Assembly (NCBI GenBank): GCA_045805065.1
Contig: JBJMMA010000152.1
Location: 1 to 50,646 of the forward strand
DNA from: Bdellovibrionia bacterium
Lineage (GTDB): Bacteria > Bdellovibrionota > UBA1018
Direction: 5' to 3'
Length of the DNA stretch: 50,646 nucleotides
Shown here piece by piece: positions 9,239-18,580 of the stretch; the first letter of the stretch is position 1, and each line of letters begins with the position of its first letter. A model generated the notes under the pieces. The model was not told where the DNA came from and made no database searches. It saw only the letters and a list, made by a program, of their open reading frames with translations. A program made the position numbers and the translations under genes.

Positions 9239-9895
9239 ATGAGTCAGAATACAGCTCAGGTACTTGTTGAGGGTTTACAAACGCAGCTCAGCCTGGTTGC
9301 AAGTCAACCCGGTTATGTCGCAAGTACCTGGAAGAGATTAACCGCACTCTTTATCGATGGCTCAATTCTCATGCTTTTCTGGCTGCCTTCTGTCTCATTC
9401 GAACACTTCAAGGAAGGAGAAATCAGGTTCTCTCCCGTTCTTGCCGCCGTAGCTCTGTTGATGGGGCCGATCTATTCGTCCGTTATGTTGAAGCGGTTCT
9501 CGAGAACGCTTGGAAAAATGGCAATGGGTCTCACGGTTGTCGATCGTGAAACAGGTGAGGCGCGTCTCACCTGGAATCAGGTATTGAGTCGGACCGTTCC
9601 TCAGTTTCTGACGTTCAATGCCGTCAACGCCTTTCTGGCTGTGGCGCTTCTGAGAAAAGACCGCAGACATGTGTTCGATCTGCTGGCCGATACAAGAGTC
9701 ATTCAAGCAAATCCTCGTGAAAGTGAGCCATCGAAGCGCTGGGTGATCGGCCTGATTGGCATCTTGTTTTGCGGCTATTCCGGAATTGCATCGATTGCGG
9801 ATTTTGCGCGGTCGTTTTCCGGTAACTGTCCAAAATACAAATGGGATAACGGCTCAGTCGTTTATCGAATTCAAGAAGACCGGACCTGTAAATAA
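9239..9895 (+). CDS. RDD family membrane protein
   Basis: ASTWKRLTALFIDG, TLGKMAMGLTVV, RHVFDLLADTRV. Confidence 0.9.
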   Translation: MSQNTAQVLVEGLQTQLSLVASQPGYVASTWKRLTALFIDGSILMLFWLPSVSFEHFKEGEIRFSPVLAAVALLMGPIYSSVMLKRFSRTLGKMAMGLTVVDRETGEARLTWNQVLSRTVPQFLTFNAVNAFLAVALLRKDRRHVFDLLADTRVIQANPRESEPSKRWVIGLIGILFCGYSGIASIADFARSFSGNCPKYKWDNGSVVYRIQEDRTCK

Positions 9896-9905
9896 GATTG
9901 GAAAA

Positions 9906-9982
<77 letters not shown>

Positions 9983-10027
9983 GTTGCTCAAAAGCTACCA
10001 TCGATTCCAAAAGCCGACAAGCGCGCC

Positions 10028-10067
10028 AAATGACGCAAGGTTAAACCCAAAGGTCGGGACGACCTTT
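10028..10067 (+). repeat. Left direct repeat with hairpin (REP-like end) of the HUH transposase element
   Basis: aaatgacgcaaggttaaacccaaaggtcgggacgaccttt; stem AAAGGTCG/CGACCTTT. Confidence 0.85.
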
Positions 10068-10082
10068 TGCACACAGAGCGGC

Positions 10083-10745
10083 ATGCCTCGTAAACGATTG
10101 TTGGTCTCTGATTTTATTCCTTATCATGTCACCGGTCGCGGAAATAACCGTGAAGCATTTCCCGTGGATCCAGCCCTAACTTGGCGGATTTTCACAGATG
10201 AATGCTATTCTCTTCATGCTCTTTATGGCGCTGAAATTCACGCTTTTACTCTGATGCCAAATCACTTTCATATGCTGATTACTGTGCCTCAGTACGACTT
10301 GGGGAAGGTGATGGACATATTCATGAGCAACGTAACTCGGATGATCAATCTGAATTCCGGACGCAGTGGCCACGTATTTGGTGGGCCTTATTATTGGTCG
10401 TTAATTAATTCCGGGGGCTATTATTGTCACGCGTTCCGATATGTATATCAAAATCCGGTGCGAGCATTCATTTGCTCGAAAGTCGAGGACTACCCATTTT
10501 CAACGCTGCAGGGATTGCTTGGAATGAAGCATCTCCCGTTTCCGCTCTATTACCCACGTTGCGGACATGGAAGTTCACTTGTATCAAAAACAACTGAGCA
10601 GCTATTGAATTGGCTAAATGAACCCGTAGTTGAGGCAGCTGTTAAAAGTATTCGCAAAGGGCTGCGCTATAGTGAGTTCAAGCCCCCGCGGGACCGCAAT
10701 ACCCGCATTCCCATCATCGAAGCGGAAGAAATGACGCAGACTTAA
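10083..10745 (+). mobile_element. REP-associated tyrosine transposase (RAYT) / IS200-like Y1 HUH transposase
   Basis: MPRK start, YHVTGRGNNRE, LMPNHFHML (HUH), GHVFGGPY, YVYQNPVRA (catalytic Tyr region), YPFST. Confidence 0.92.
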
Positions 10746-10767
10746 ACCCAAAGGTCGGGAGACCTTT
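10729..10767 (+). repeat. Right direct repeat with hairpin (REP-like end); contains the transposase stop codon
   Basis: aaatgacgcagacttaaacccaaaggtcgggagaccttt; stem AAAGGTC/GACCTTT with GGGA loop. Confidence 0.85.
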
Positions 10768-11743
10768 AGTGGGCGCAGTCGTAGCACCGCTCGGATGCGA
10801 AATCTTTCGGATGCTCGATCTGAATCGTTGTGTGAATGATTCCAAAATGCTGCGCCAGGACATCATGAGCAAGCTTGAGAGTCTGAGTGGCGTCTTCAGC
10901 AACGAGATGCACGCTCATCGCAAGGCGCCCCGTGGAGACTGTCCAGATATGAAGATCATGGACTTCACTGACGCCTGGAATCGTCTGAAGATCGGCTTGG
11001 ATCTTCTCAGGATTGACGCCCGTGGGGGTGGACTCCATGAGAATTCCAACGGCTTCTTTCACGAGTGCCCAGGAACTGTAAAGCATGAGGATTGCGGCAA
11101 GGATCGTGACGATCGGGTCAATCGGGCGCCAGCCCGTCAGCCAAAGCACGACACCTGCGATCACAGCGCCCACGCTTCCTAAGGCGTCCGTGAGCATGTG
11201 AAGATAGGCTGCGCGCACGTTCATGTTCTCGTGCATGCTCCCGTGAAGCATCTTCATGCTGAGAAGATTTGCGATAAGCCCGATAGCTGCGACGACGAAA
11301 ACGATCGGACCCTGAACTTCAGGCGGGCTTTGAAGACGTAAAATCGCCTCGTAAACCAGGCCACCGGACAAAAGCCAAATGGCCAAGCCACTGGCGAGAG
11401 CACCCAGGATTTCGGCGCGGTGATAGCCGTAGCTCATCATCGCGGTCACTGGCTTTCTCGAAACCCAGATCGCAAAAAGGCTGAACGCCATGGCTGCAAT
11501 GTCGGTGAGCATGTGAGCGCCATCGGTCAAAAGCGCAAGCGAGTTGGCGTACCAGCCACCCACAAGCTCGATGATCATGAAGAGCGCTGTGATCACAATC
11601 GCACGAACCAGAACTTTAGGAGCAGCGCCCGCAAAGTGACTCACGCCATGAGAATGTGAGTGCGCGTGATCATGATCGTGGTCGTGATCATGATCATGAC
11701 TATGATGAGGTGAATGGTCGTGGTCGTGCTTGTGATCGGTCAT
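10766..11743 (-). CDS. czcD: Cation diffusion facilitator, Zn/Co/Cd efflux, His-rich N-terminus
   Basis: SLALLTDGAHMLTD, SYGYHRAEILGAL, AYLHMLTDALGS, VHDLHIW, HTTIQIE; HD/HS repeats at the N-terminus. Confidence 0.93.
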   Translation of the reverse strand: MTDHKHDHDHSPHHSHDHDHDHDHDHAHSHSHGVSHFAGAAPKVLVRAIVITALFMIIELVGGWYANSLALLTDGAHMLTDIAAMAFSLFAIWVSRKPVTAMMSYGYHRAEILGALASGLAIWLLSGGLVYEAILRLQSPPEVQGPIVFVVAAIGLIANLLSMKMLHGSMHENMNVRAAYLHMLTDALGSVGAVIAGVVLWLTGWRPIDPIVTILAAILMLYSSWALVKEAVGILMESTPTGVNPEKIQADLQTIPGVSEVHDLHIWTVSTGRLAMSVHLVAEDATQTLKLAHDVLAQHFGIIHTTIQIEHPKDFASERCYDCAH

Positions 11744-12172
11744 TTACTTGATCTTACCAAGAAGCTCAGCCGTTTCAAAGCAAGCTGCAGCAGCCTCGCG
11801 CCCTTTGTTGTGAGCGCCAGGAGTGGAGCGGACTTCCGCTTGCTCATCGTTATAAGTGGTCAGGATGCCAAAGCTGATGGGGGTGTTCGTAGCCAGAGAA
11901 GCTTGCATGATCCCAATCGTGGCTCCAAGACTGATGAATTCAAAATGTGCTGTATCGCCTTTGATTACGCAGCCCAGGCAGATAACGCCGCTGTATTTTT
12001 CGGTGCGAGCCAGATTTTGAGCGATGAGAGGCGTTTCAAAAGCGCCAGGGGCCTTGAAAACATCGCTTGGAGCAGGAGTCGCGCCTTTTTCGCCTAGGTA
12101 TTCAAGTGCGCCTTGAAGAAGCCCATCGGTGATTTCAGCGTTAAAGCGACTGACGACGATTGCGAATTTCAT
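11744..12172 (-). CDS. ribH: 6,7-dimethyl-8-ribityllumazine synthase
   Basis: IVVSRFN, PGAFE, LGCVIKGDTAHFEFI, NKGREAA. Confidence 0.97.
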   Translation of the reverse strand: MKFAIVVSRFNAEITDGLLQGALEYLGEKGATPAPSDVFKAPGAFETPLIAQNLARTEKYSGVICLGCVIKGDTAHFEFISLGATIGIMQASLATNTPISFGILTTYNDEQAEVRSTPGAHNKGREAAAACFETAELLGKIK

Positions 12173-13419
12173 TCTGAGATTCCTTGAGGTGTAGAAGAAG
12201 ATGCGGAAATTCCGGTGATGAGGCCAAGCTGATGGCCCATCTTATCTTTCTTGGTCTGAAGATAATTCATATTATGGCTGTTGGCAGCAACTTCAATCGG
12301 TACGCGCTCAACCACTTCAAGCCCGTAGCCATCGAGTCCCACAATCTTCTTGGGATTGTTGGTGAGAAGCTTGAGCTTTTTAACGCCCAGATCCCGCAAG
12401 ATCTGCGCGCCCAAACCGTAGTGACGAAGATCGGCCTGAAACCCTAAATGACGATTGGCCTCGATCGTATCCATTCCCTGGTCTTGAAGAGCATAAGCGC
12501 GGATCTTGTTGGCAAGACCGATTCCGCGGCCTTCGTGTTTGCGCATGTAAACCAGAACGCCGTTTCCGCTTTCAGCGATCTGCTTCAAAGCGCTTTGAAG
12601 CTGCGGTCCGCAGTCACAACGAAGGGAACCTAAGGCATCGCCGGTGAGGCACTCGGAATGAACGCGTACAAGGGGCGCATCTTTAAGGGGTCCGCAAGCC
12701 AGCGCCAGATGTTCTTCGCCATCGATGCGAGAGCGATAAGCGTGAAGTTCAAACTCAGTTCCTGGCGCGCCATACTGAGATGGAAAGCGAGTTTTTGCCA
12801 CTTCTTCAATGAGGGACTCATTTTCCATTCTTGCGGCAATCACATCGCGAATCGAGATGATTGGAATGTCATGTTTTTGAGCAAAGACCTTAAGATCAGG
12901 GAGGCGCGCCATCGTGCCATCGTCTTTCATGATCTCGCAGATGACCGCAGCGCCGCGAAGGCCTGCCATCTTGCAAAGATCAACCGAGCCTTCGGTGTGG
13001 CCTGCGCGAACCAGAACGCCACCCTCTTGCGCGCGAAGTGGAAAAATGTGTCCGGGAGAAACAAGATCATCGGCGCCCTGGGTCGGATCGACAGCCACAC
13101 GAATGGTATGGGCGCGATCATGCGCTGAAATCCCAGTAGTGACGCCTGTGCGAGCTTCGATCGAGACCGTGAACGCGGTCTGGCGTGGAGACTTGTTCTT
13201 GGGGGCCATCATCGGGAGCCTCAGCTCTTCGATGCGCTTGCTCTCGAGCGAGAGGCAAATCAGTCCACGGGCGTGCATGGCCATGAAATTGATGGCCTCA
13301 GGCGTCGCCAGCTCAGCAGCCAGGACAAGGTCTCCCTCGTTTTCGCGATCCTCGTCATCAACGAGAATCACCATTTTGCCGTTTCTTAGACGTTCGAGCG
13401 ATTGAGATAAGGCTGACAT
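12169..13419 (-). CDS. ribBA: Bifunctional DHBP synthase / GTP cyclohydrolase II
   Basis: DDEDRENEGDL, TGISAHDR, RAGHTEG; RVHSECLTGD..GSLRCDCG, EGRGIGL, LLTNNPKK. Confidence 0.97.
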   Translation of the reverse strand: MSALSQSLERLRNGKMVILVDDEDRENEGDLVLAAELATPEAINFMAMHARGLICLSLESKRIEELRLPMMAPKNKSPRQTAFTVSIEARTGVTTGISAHDRAHTIRVAVDPTQGADDLVSPGHIFPLRAQEGGVLVRAGHTEGSVDLCKMAGLRGAAVICEIMKDDGTMARLPDLKVFAQKHDIPIISIRDVIAARMENESLIEEVAKTRFPSQYGAPGTEFELHAYRSRIDGEEHLALACGPLKDAPLVRVHSECLTGDALGSLRCDCGPQLQSALKQIAESGNGVLVYMRKHEGRGIGLANKIRAYALQDQGMDTIEANRHLGFQADLRHYGLGAQILRDLGVKKLKLLTNNPKKIVGLDGYGLEVVERVPIEVAANSHNMNYLQTKKDKMGHQLGLITGISASSSTPQGISE

Positions 13420-14024
13420 AACTTCTCCACGTATTTTGCCAGGACATCGACTTCAACATTGATCGGATCGCCTGGTTGGAATTCTGAAAAACTGGTGTGT
13501 GCCCAAGTATGAGGAATGAGCGTGATGAAAATGCGGGCGCCATCTCCTAACGGCTCTAAACGATTGATCGTGAGACTTACGCCGTTGAGGGCAATGGATC
13601 CCTTTTCAACGCAATAGCGGGAAAGAGAAGAGGGGAGGTCAAATTCCATCAAATGACACTCGGCTTGTTCTTCAACGCGACTGAGGCGTGCCAGACCATC
13701 CACATGTCCTTGAACGATATGGCCCGAAAGTCTTGCATCGGCACGGAGTGCGCGCTCAAGATTCACCTTCGTTCCTGCTTTGAGCAAGGTGAGGTTGGAG
13801 CGCGACAGGGTTTCAGCGCTTAAGAAGAAAAGGACGTCGGAGCTCTGGTTGCCTGCGTGGGTGATTTCAGCAGCGGTGAGGCAGACGCCATTGACGGCGA
13901 TGCTTTCGCCTAATGCGATGTCTTGTGCCTTCCAGGGTGTTCGCAATAAGACGCGCGATGCGCCTTCTGGAGCAGGAGTTGCGGACTGAACGTTTGCGAC
14001 GGTTTCAATAATTCCTGTAAACAT
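13386..14024 (-). CDS. ribE: Riboflavin synthase alpha subunit
   Basis: MFTGIIE start at 14024, GESIAVNGVCLT, VNLERAL, GHIVQGHVDG, KGSIALNGVSLT. Confidence 0.95.
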   Translation of the reverse strand: MFTGIIETVANVQSATPAPEGASRVLLRTPWKAQDIALGESIAVNGVCLTAAEITHAGNQSSDVLFFLSAETLSRSNLTLLKAGTKVNLERALRADARLSGHIVQGHVDGLARLSRVEEQAECHLMEFDLPSSLSRYCVEKGSIALNGVSLTINRLEPLGDGARIFITLIPHTWAHTSFSEFQPGDPINVEVDVLAKYVEKLCQPYLNRSNV

Positions 14025-15003
14025 GAAGAACCTTATCCTGAACTCTATTTTGATGATTTTGGCGACTCTCGATCCGAAAGCTTTCATCCCATAGGCCGTT
14101 TGAAAGAACGTATTCGGAAAAAGTCGGGCCTGCTTCAATCATGACTTCTAGCACGCCTTGGCTTCCCAAAAACTCCAAAAGTGTTGGAAAATCCTTAAAA
14201 TCCTGACTTGAAACAACCTGAAATCCCTGAGCGCGTTTCTGCTCCAGCCAGGACATTGGAACTTGACGTCTTCGGTCCATGATTGCAAGCCAGCGGCTTT
14301 TGCCGACATGATCTGGAACATGCCGAACGGTCAGCTCTGGCCAGTCCGAAAGAACCGTTCCACTGGCTGTGACGATGGCGTCGGCGCGTTTTCGCAGTTC
14401 GTGGGCCAAGCGAAGGGACTCGGGTGAGGTAAAGGTTTTCTCACCTTGGGGAGGAATCATGCTCCACGGATTGTTCTGTGGATCGTCCGTCATCCGCCAG
14501 GCGGTTTTGACGGTGACCCAGGGACGGCGAGTTCTGACCCAGTGAAAAAATGGGCGAGTCAGATCCAGGGCTCGCTCAACCAGCGCATCAGTCGGAGCGA
14601 TTTTTCCAAGCTCAAAGACTTCAATTCCGTTTTGAGAAAGACGTTCGGCTCCACCTTGAGCTTTCGGATTGGGATCTGAGGCCGCAAAATAGACGCGTTT
14701 GAGGTTTGGAAGTTTCAAAAGCGCCTCGGAGCATGGGGGAGTTCTGCCGGTGTGATTGCAGGGCTCGAGCGTCACAACCATGGAATGGACTTGATCCAAA
14801 AGTCCGCGCCGGGCGAGGTCTCTGATGACTTGAGCTTCGGCGTGGGGCTCTCCGGCTTTCGGGTGAGCCAGAGCTGAAAGAATATGACCTTCAGAATTCA
14901 TGGCTGCGGCGCCAACGGGAGGATTGGGAGATGTGGCTCCTCGGTAGCTTTCGGCCTGAAGGCAGGCTTGCTCCAGTGCGTTTCTCCAGTTTTGAATCGT
15001 CAT
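14005..15003 (-). CDS. ribD: Riboflavin biosynthesis deaminase/reductase
   Basis: TSPNPPVGA, HAE, TLEPCNHTGRTPPC; reductase part AHELRKRADAIV, MIEAGP. Confidence 0.92.
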   Translation of the reverse strand: MTIQNWRNALEQACLQAESYRGATSPNPPVGAAAMNSEGHILSALAHPKAGEPHAEAQVIRDLARRGLLDQVHSMVVTLEPCNHTGRTPPCSEALLKLPNLKRVYFAASDPNPKAQGGAERLSQNGIEVFELGKIAPTDALVERALDLTRPFFHWVRTRRPWVTVKTAWRMTDDPQNNPWSMIPPQGEKTFTSPESLRLAHELRKRADAIVTASGTVLSDWPELTVRHVPDHVGKSRWLAIMDRRRQVPMSWLEQKRAQGFQVVSSQDFKDFPTLLEFLGSQGVLEVMIEAGPTFSEYVLSNGLWDESFRIESRQNHQNRVQDKVLHVYRNY

Positions 15004-15070
15004 GAGGCCTGGGACCTTACCATGATCCCATTCTCTTTAATATGACACGGAGCGGCGAGGGCGAATCGGC

Positions 15071-15098
15071 TTGGACGTTCTTGAAAAACGCTTACAAT
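15071..15098 (+). promoter_or_regulatory. Candidate sigma70 promoter for the HD-GYP gene (possibly leaderless)
   Basis: TTGGAC-16 nt-TACAAT ending 7 nt before the ATG at 15106; no Shine-Dalgarno visible. Confidence 0.4.
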
Positions 15099-15105
15099 TA
15101 ATTTT

Positions 15106-16050
15106 ATGGCAATGGGTGAACGCTTCGTGAGCTGCAATCTGGATGAAATCATCGTCGGGCAACCGCTGCCGGTGAGCATCTACATCTATATCAATTTTCG
15201 CTTCATCACTTACCGGATTGCAGGCGACATTTTTGATCGCGCGACTTTCGATCGATTTGAGCTCGGGAAAATGAAAACGCTTTTCATTCGCGAAGAGGAC
15301 CAGAAAGCTTTTCGCGAATGGAGCGAGAAGAGCTTCAAGGAAATCGAGGAGCGAGGCCCTGGTCCTACGATGTCAGATGATCTCCGCGAAGCACGCGAAG
15401 ACGCTCATCGCAAGACACTCGATATCTTCATGTCCTCACATCCTGATAAGGTGATTGAGCAGACTCTGGGCGCGAGCAAGAAACTCGTTGATGAGGTGAT
15501 GAAGTATCCTTATGCCGTGCAAAGCCTTGCGCAGCTTCAGACCTATTCCAAAGGCACGGTGGATCACTCCGTGAACGTCAGTGTGCTGTCTGTCTATCTT
15601 GCGATGCAGATGGGCTACACACATGGATTGATTCTTCAACATGTCGGAATGGGCGCGCTTCTGCATGACCTTGGGAAAACTCAGGTGCAGATCGATGATG
15701 GTGATCGCCCGGAAGTTGTCGAAGAGAAAATGAAGATTCATCCTGAGCTTGGACTCAAGCTTCTCGAGTCTCAGCAAAAGGTTCCGAACGAAGTGAAAAT
15801 GATCGTCGCTCAACATCACGAAAACTTCGATGGAACGGGTTATCCCAAGAAATTGCGTGGAAACCAGATCTACGATCTCACTCGAATCGTGAGCGTTGCG
15901 AACGTTTTTGATGAGCTTGTGGCTGATGGACACGGCACGCTTGCTGAGCGTCAACGCGCAGCAGTGAAGCAACTCGATGAAGTACACTACCGCCGTTTCG
16001 ATCCACAAAAGCTCGATAAAATTCTCAAGATTTTGAAACTCGGCGTCTGA
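15106..16050 (+). CDS. HD-GYP domain protein (c-di-GMP phosphodiesterase family)
   Basis: HSVNV, LLHDLGK, QHHENFDGTGYP. Confidence 0.9.
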   Translation: MAMGERFVSCNLDEIIVGQPLPVSIYIYINFRFITYRIAGDIFDRATFDRFELGKMKTLFIREEDQKAFREWSEKSFKEIEERGPGPTMSDDLREAREDAHRKTLDIFMSSHPDKVIEQTLGASKKLVDEVMKYPYAVQSLAQLQTYSKGTVDHSVNVSVLSVYLAMQMGYTHGLILQHVGMGALLHDLGKTQVQIDDGDRPEVVEEKMKIHPELGLKLLESQQKVPNEVKMIVAQHHENFDGTGYPKKLRGNQIYDLTRIVSVANVFDELVADGHGTLAERQRAAVKQLDEVHYRRFDPQKLDKILKILKLGV

Positions 16051-16146
16051 TCTCCGTGCTGAATCGCTCGGCGTCAAGTTAAATTATCGTCAAAAAATTT
16101 GCGCTTTCCGGAATCTGCGTTAGGATGAGCTGGTCGTTAGGGATTT

Positions 16147-17013
16147 TTGATCTCAAACCTAGTGGGGGGCAGTTCCGTGAACATCTTTGGACTGAACAAT
16201 AATAAGAAACTCGTATGGGCCCATCTGGCCATCGCAGCTGTTGCTGTGAGCGTAGGTACCTCAGCATTTGCTGAAGTCCCAGTAGTTGCAAAAAAGAAAG
16301 AGACTCTTCGTGCTGGCATTCATGCCACGTTCAATAAATATATTGAAACGAAGTCAGATCTCGCCAGTGGATATCTTGAAAAGCTCGCTAAGAAAAACCT
16401 CAATGTACTCGTAGCCGAAGGCTGCGATCGTCTTCGTCAGGCTGGCGAAACGCAGCTTGCAGCTCAGCTGCAAAGCGAATGGGCTGGTCAGATCTCGACG
16501 GCTCTGGATGAGCGCATCAGCGTTTACTCTCTGAGCGGAAACGTTGGAACGCTGGAGCTTGGCGATTTCGATCCGCTGAATGCATGGCTCGATAATTTCT
16601 ACAACACGCTCTATTACAAGACCCGTGGCATGGTGAAGGGGATCCGCGTGATCCACGACGTCTATCTGATGAACTACGCTCTTGCTGTGGTTCTGAGACC
16701 GCACGGCTCCTGGCGCCTTCACTCGGATTATGACCGCATCGAGTATCGCAAGCACTTCATTCCGTTTGCGAACACGGTGACCTACTGGGCATCCGAGAAG
16801 ACCTGCGAATACTACATGCCTCAGTACAAGAAATACTGCGGAAATGCTGCAGGCTATCTTGAAAAGTTCATGGGCAAGCACGTTGCTCCTCATATCTCTG
16901 ACAGTGTTTTTTCGATGATCAAGGGTAAGGACGACTCGGCTGAATTGGATTACCAGGCTTTCGAAAGTCAAATGATGAACGATAGCGAAACGGCAGTTCT
17001 TCTTGAGGAATAA
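16147..17013 (+). CDS. Secreted alpha-helical hypothetical protein (start uncertain)
   Basis: Signal-like LAIAAVAVSVGTSAFA; 3-nt gap to the S8 protease. Confidence 0.75.
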   Translation: MISNLVGGSSVNIFGLNNNKKLVWAHLAIAAVAVSVGTSAFAEVPVVAKKKETLRAGIHATFNKYIETKSDLASGYLEKLAKKNLNVLVAEGCDRLRQAGETQLAAQLQSEWAGQISTALDERISVYSLSGNVGTLELGDFDPLNAWLDNFYNTLYYKTRGMVKGIRVIHDVYLMNYALAVVLRPHGSWRLHSDYDRIEYRKHFIPFANTVTYWASEKTCEYYMPQYKKYCGNAAGYLEKFMGKHVAPHISDSVFSMIKGKDDSAELDYQAFESQMMNDSETAVLLEE

Positions 17014-17016
17014 ACG

Positions 17017-18396
17017 ATGAAACTTCAAAAACACTCAAAAGCAATTCTTGCTGCTGCAACTCTTCTTGGATTTGCCGCACAGACCTCAAACGCTGCTGTG
17101 ATCGCAGTTGTTGACTCGGGAACCGATTTCAAACATCCGGATCTTGTTTCCAAAACTTGGAACAATCCAGGCGAAGTGGACGATGCTGTTGATAATGACA
17201 ACAACGGCCTCATCGACGACCTTCATGGATGGAACTTCGCTGACAGCAACAACCGCCTGGTCGATCGCAAGCTGATCGGTACCTGGTCTGAAGACGTCTA
17301 TAAATATTTCGACCTTCAAACCAAGATGCTCAATGGCGAAGCTTCCGAAGCTGATATCGCATGGCTCAAGTCTCATGTGAAGGATGAGACCTTCATTGCT
17401 GAGCTTGAGAAGTTCGGTAATCACGTTCACGGAACGCACGTTTCTGGCATCACCGCACGTGATGCGGACGCAGCTCAGGTCATGGCTCTTCGCATGATCG
17501 GCGGCGGCTCTCCAAGCATGCTGATCAACGGACTCCAGTCGGTTGCAGTGCCTGCGACTGCTGCTCCAAGCGTGAAAGAAAAGCTCGTTAATATGGCGCT
17601 TACGGGTCTCGCGCTGGCTCAGGGCCAAGGCCTTGCTCCAGTCGGCAAGTACCTCGCTTCGAAGAAGCCTCAGGTCGCCAACTGCTCTTTCGGCGCAAGC
17701 CGCAATCAGATTGAGCCGATCTTGAAGCCTTTGATCGAGAAGATCCTGGGCAGGGAGCTTACGGCCGACGAGCTTCATGCTTACTCAACCACCTTCCTGA
17801 ATAAGGTGGTTGACGTGATGAAGAAGACCTTCATCGATCCAGCAAAGAACACGCTCTTCGTGATCGCAGCCGGTAACGACGGCACGGATAACGATGTTGC
17901 TCCTGCGTCCCCAGCAAACGTGAAGACGGATAACACGATCACGGTCGCTGCAACGCTTGGACACTCAAAGCTTGCCTCTTTCTCCAACTACGGCGCAACG
18001 ATGGTTGATATCGCAGCTCCAGGCGTTGGAATCGTGTCCACGATCCCAGGCGGAGGCTATATGCCTCTCAGCGGCACGAGCCAGGCATCCCCATATGTTG
18101 CCAACTTGGCAGGTCGTGTGCTCGATGCGAATCCGCACCTGACTCCGCTTCAAGTGAAGAACATCCTGATGGGCACTGTCGACAAGAAGGCCTTCCTGGC
18201 AAAGAAAGTTCGCTCCGAAGGGATTGCAAACCCGGATCGCGCTGTCTACGCAGCGAAGCTCTCGCTTCAAATGCCAGTCACGGACGCAGTCTCTCAAGCT
18301 AACCGCCAGGTGCCTGCTCTGAAGGCAGCCTTTGGCGAAGGAATGATGGATGACTCGGCAATCGCTGTTCTTCCGCTTCCAAGCTTCCTGAAGTAA
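17017..18396 (+). CDS. Secreted subtilisin-like serine protease (S8)
   Basis: VAVVDSG (Asp), HGTHVSG (His), AAGND, SFSNYG, GTSQASPYVA (Ser). Confidence 0.95.
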   Translation: MKLQKHSKAILAAATLLGFAAQTSNAAVIAVVDSGTDFKHPDLVSKTWNNPGEVDDAVDNDNNGLIDDLHGWNFADSNNRLVDRKLIGTWSEDVYKYFDLQTKMLNGEASEADIAWLKSHVKDETFIAELEKFGNHVHGTHVSGITARDADAAQVMALRMIGGGSPSMLINGLQSVAVPATAAPSVKEKLVNMALTGLALAQGQGLAPVGKYLASKKPQVANCSFGASRNQIEPILKPLIEKILGRELTADELHAYSTTFLNKVVDVMKKTFIDPAKNTLFVIAAGNDGTDNDVAPASPANVKTDNTITVAATLGHSKLASFSNYGATMVDIAAPGVGIVSTIPGGGYMPLSGTSQASPYVANLAGRVLDANPHLTPLQVKNILMGTVDKKAFLAKKVRSEGIANPDRAVYAAKLSLQMPVTDAVSQANRQVPALKAAFGEGMMDDSAIAVLPLPSFLK

Positions 18397-18420
18397 CCTT
18401 CGGGACCGTCTAAAACATAC

Positions 18421-18474
18421 AAGGCCTTCGGTAACGGTTGAGTTTCGCCGATACCGAGGGCCTTCGTGTTTTTG
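18421..18474 (+). terminator. Probable intrinsic terminator after the S8 protease
   Basis: AAGGCCTTCGGTA...TACCGAGGGCCTT stem followed by GTGTTTTT. Confidence 0.6.
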
Positions 18475-18580
18475 CTGTCTTCAGAAATAGTTGGTGCATT
18501 ACGAAAATCGCTTGTTATGATTTGTGCAGACCAGCAACTCATGAATTTAAACTTTCTCATCCACTTTTATAAGGCGAGAC

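Noticed and set aside
9984..10082. N-terminal extension of the transposase in the ORF track
   Set aside because: It runs through the flanking repeat and the tRNA upstream region; the family-typical MPRK start is at 10083.
11645..11740. Short tandem gatcat/tggtcg repeats
   Set aside because: They simply encode the His-Asp-rich CzcD N-terminus, common in this family.
15004..15105. FMN riboswitch upstream of ribD
   Set aside because: The region is too short and lacks FMN aptamer consensus.
15436..17778. Long antisense ORFs (15436..16077, 16354..17034, 17086..17778)
   Set aside because: Shadows of well-supported + strand genes.
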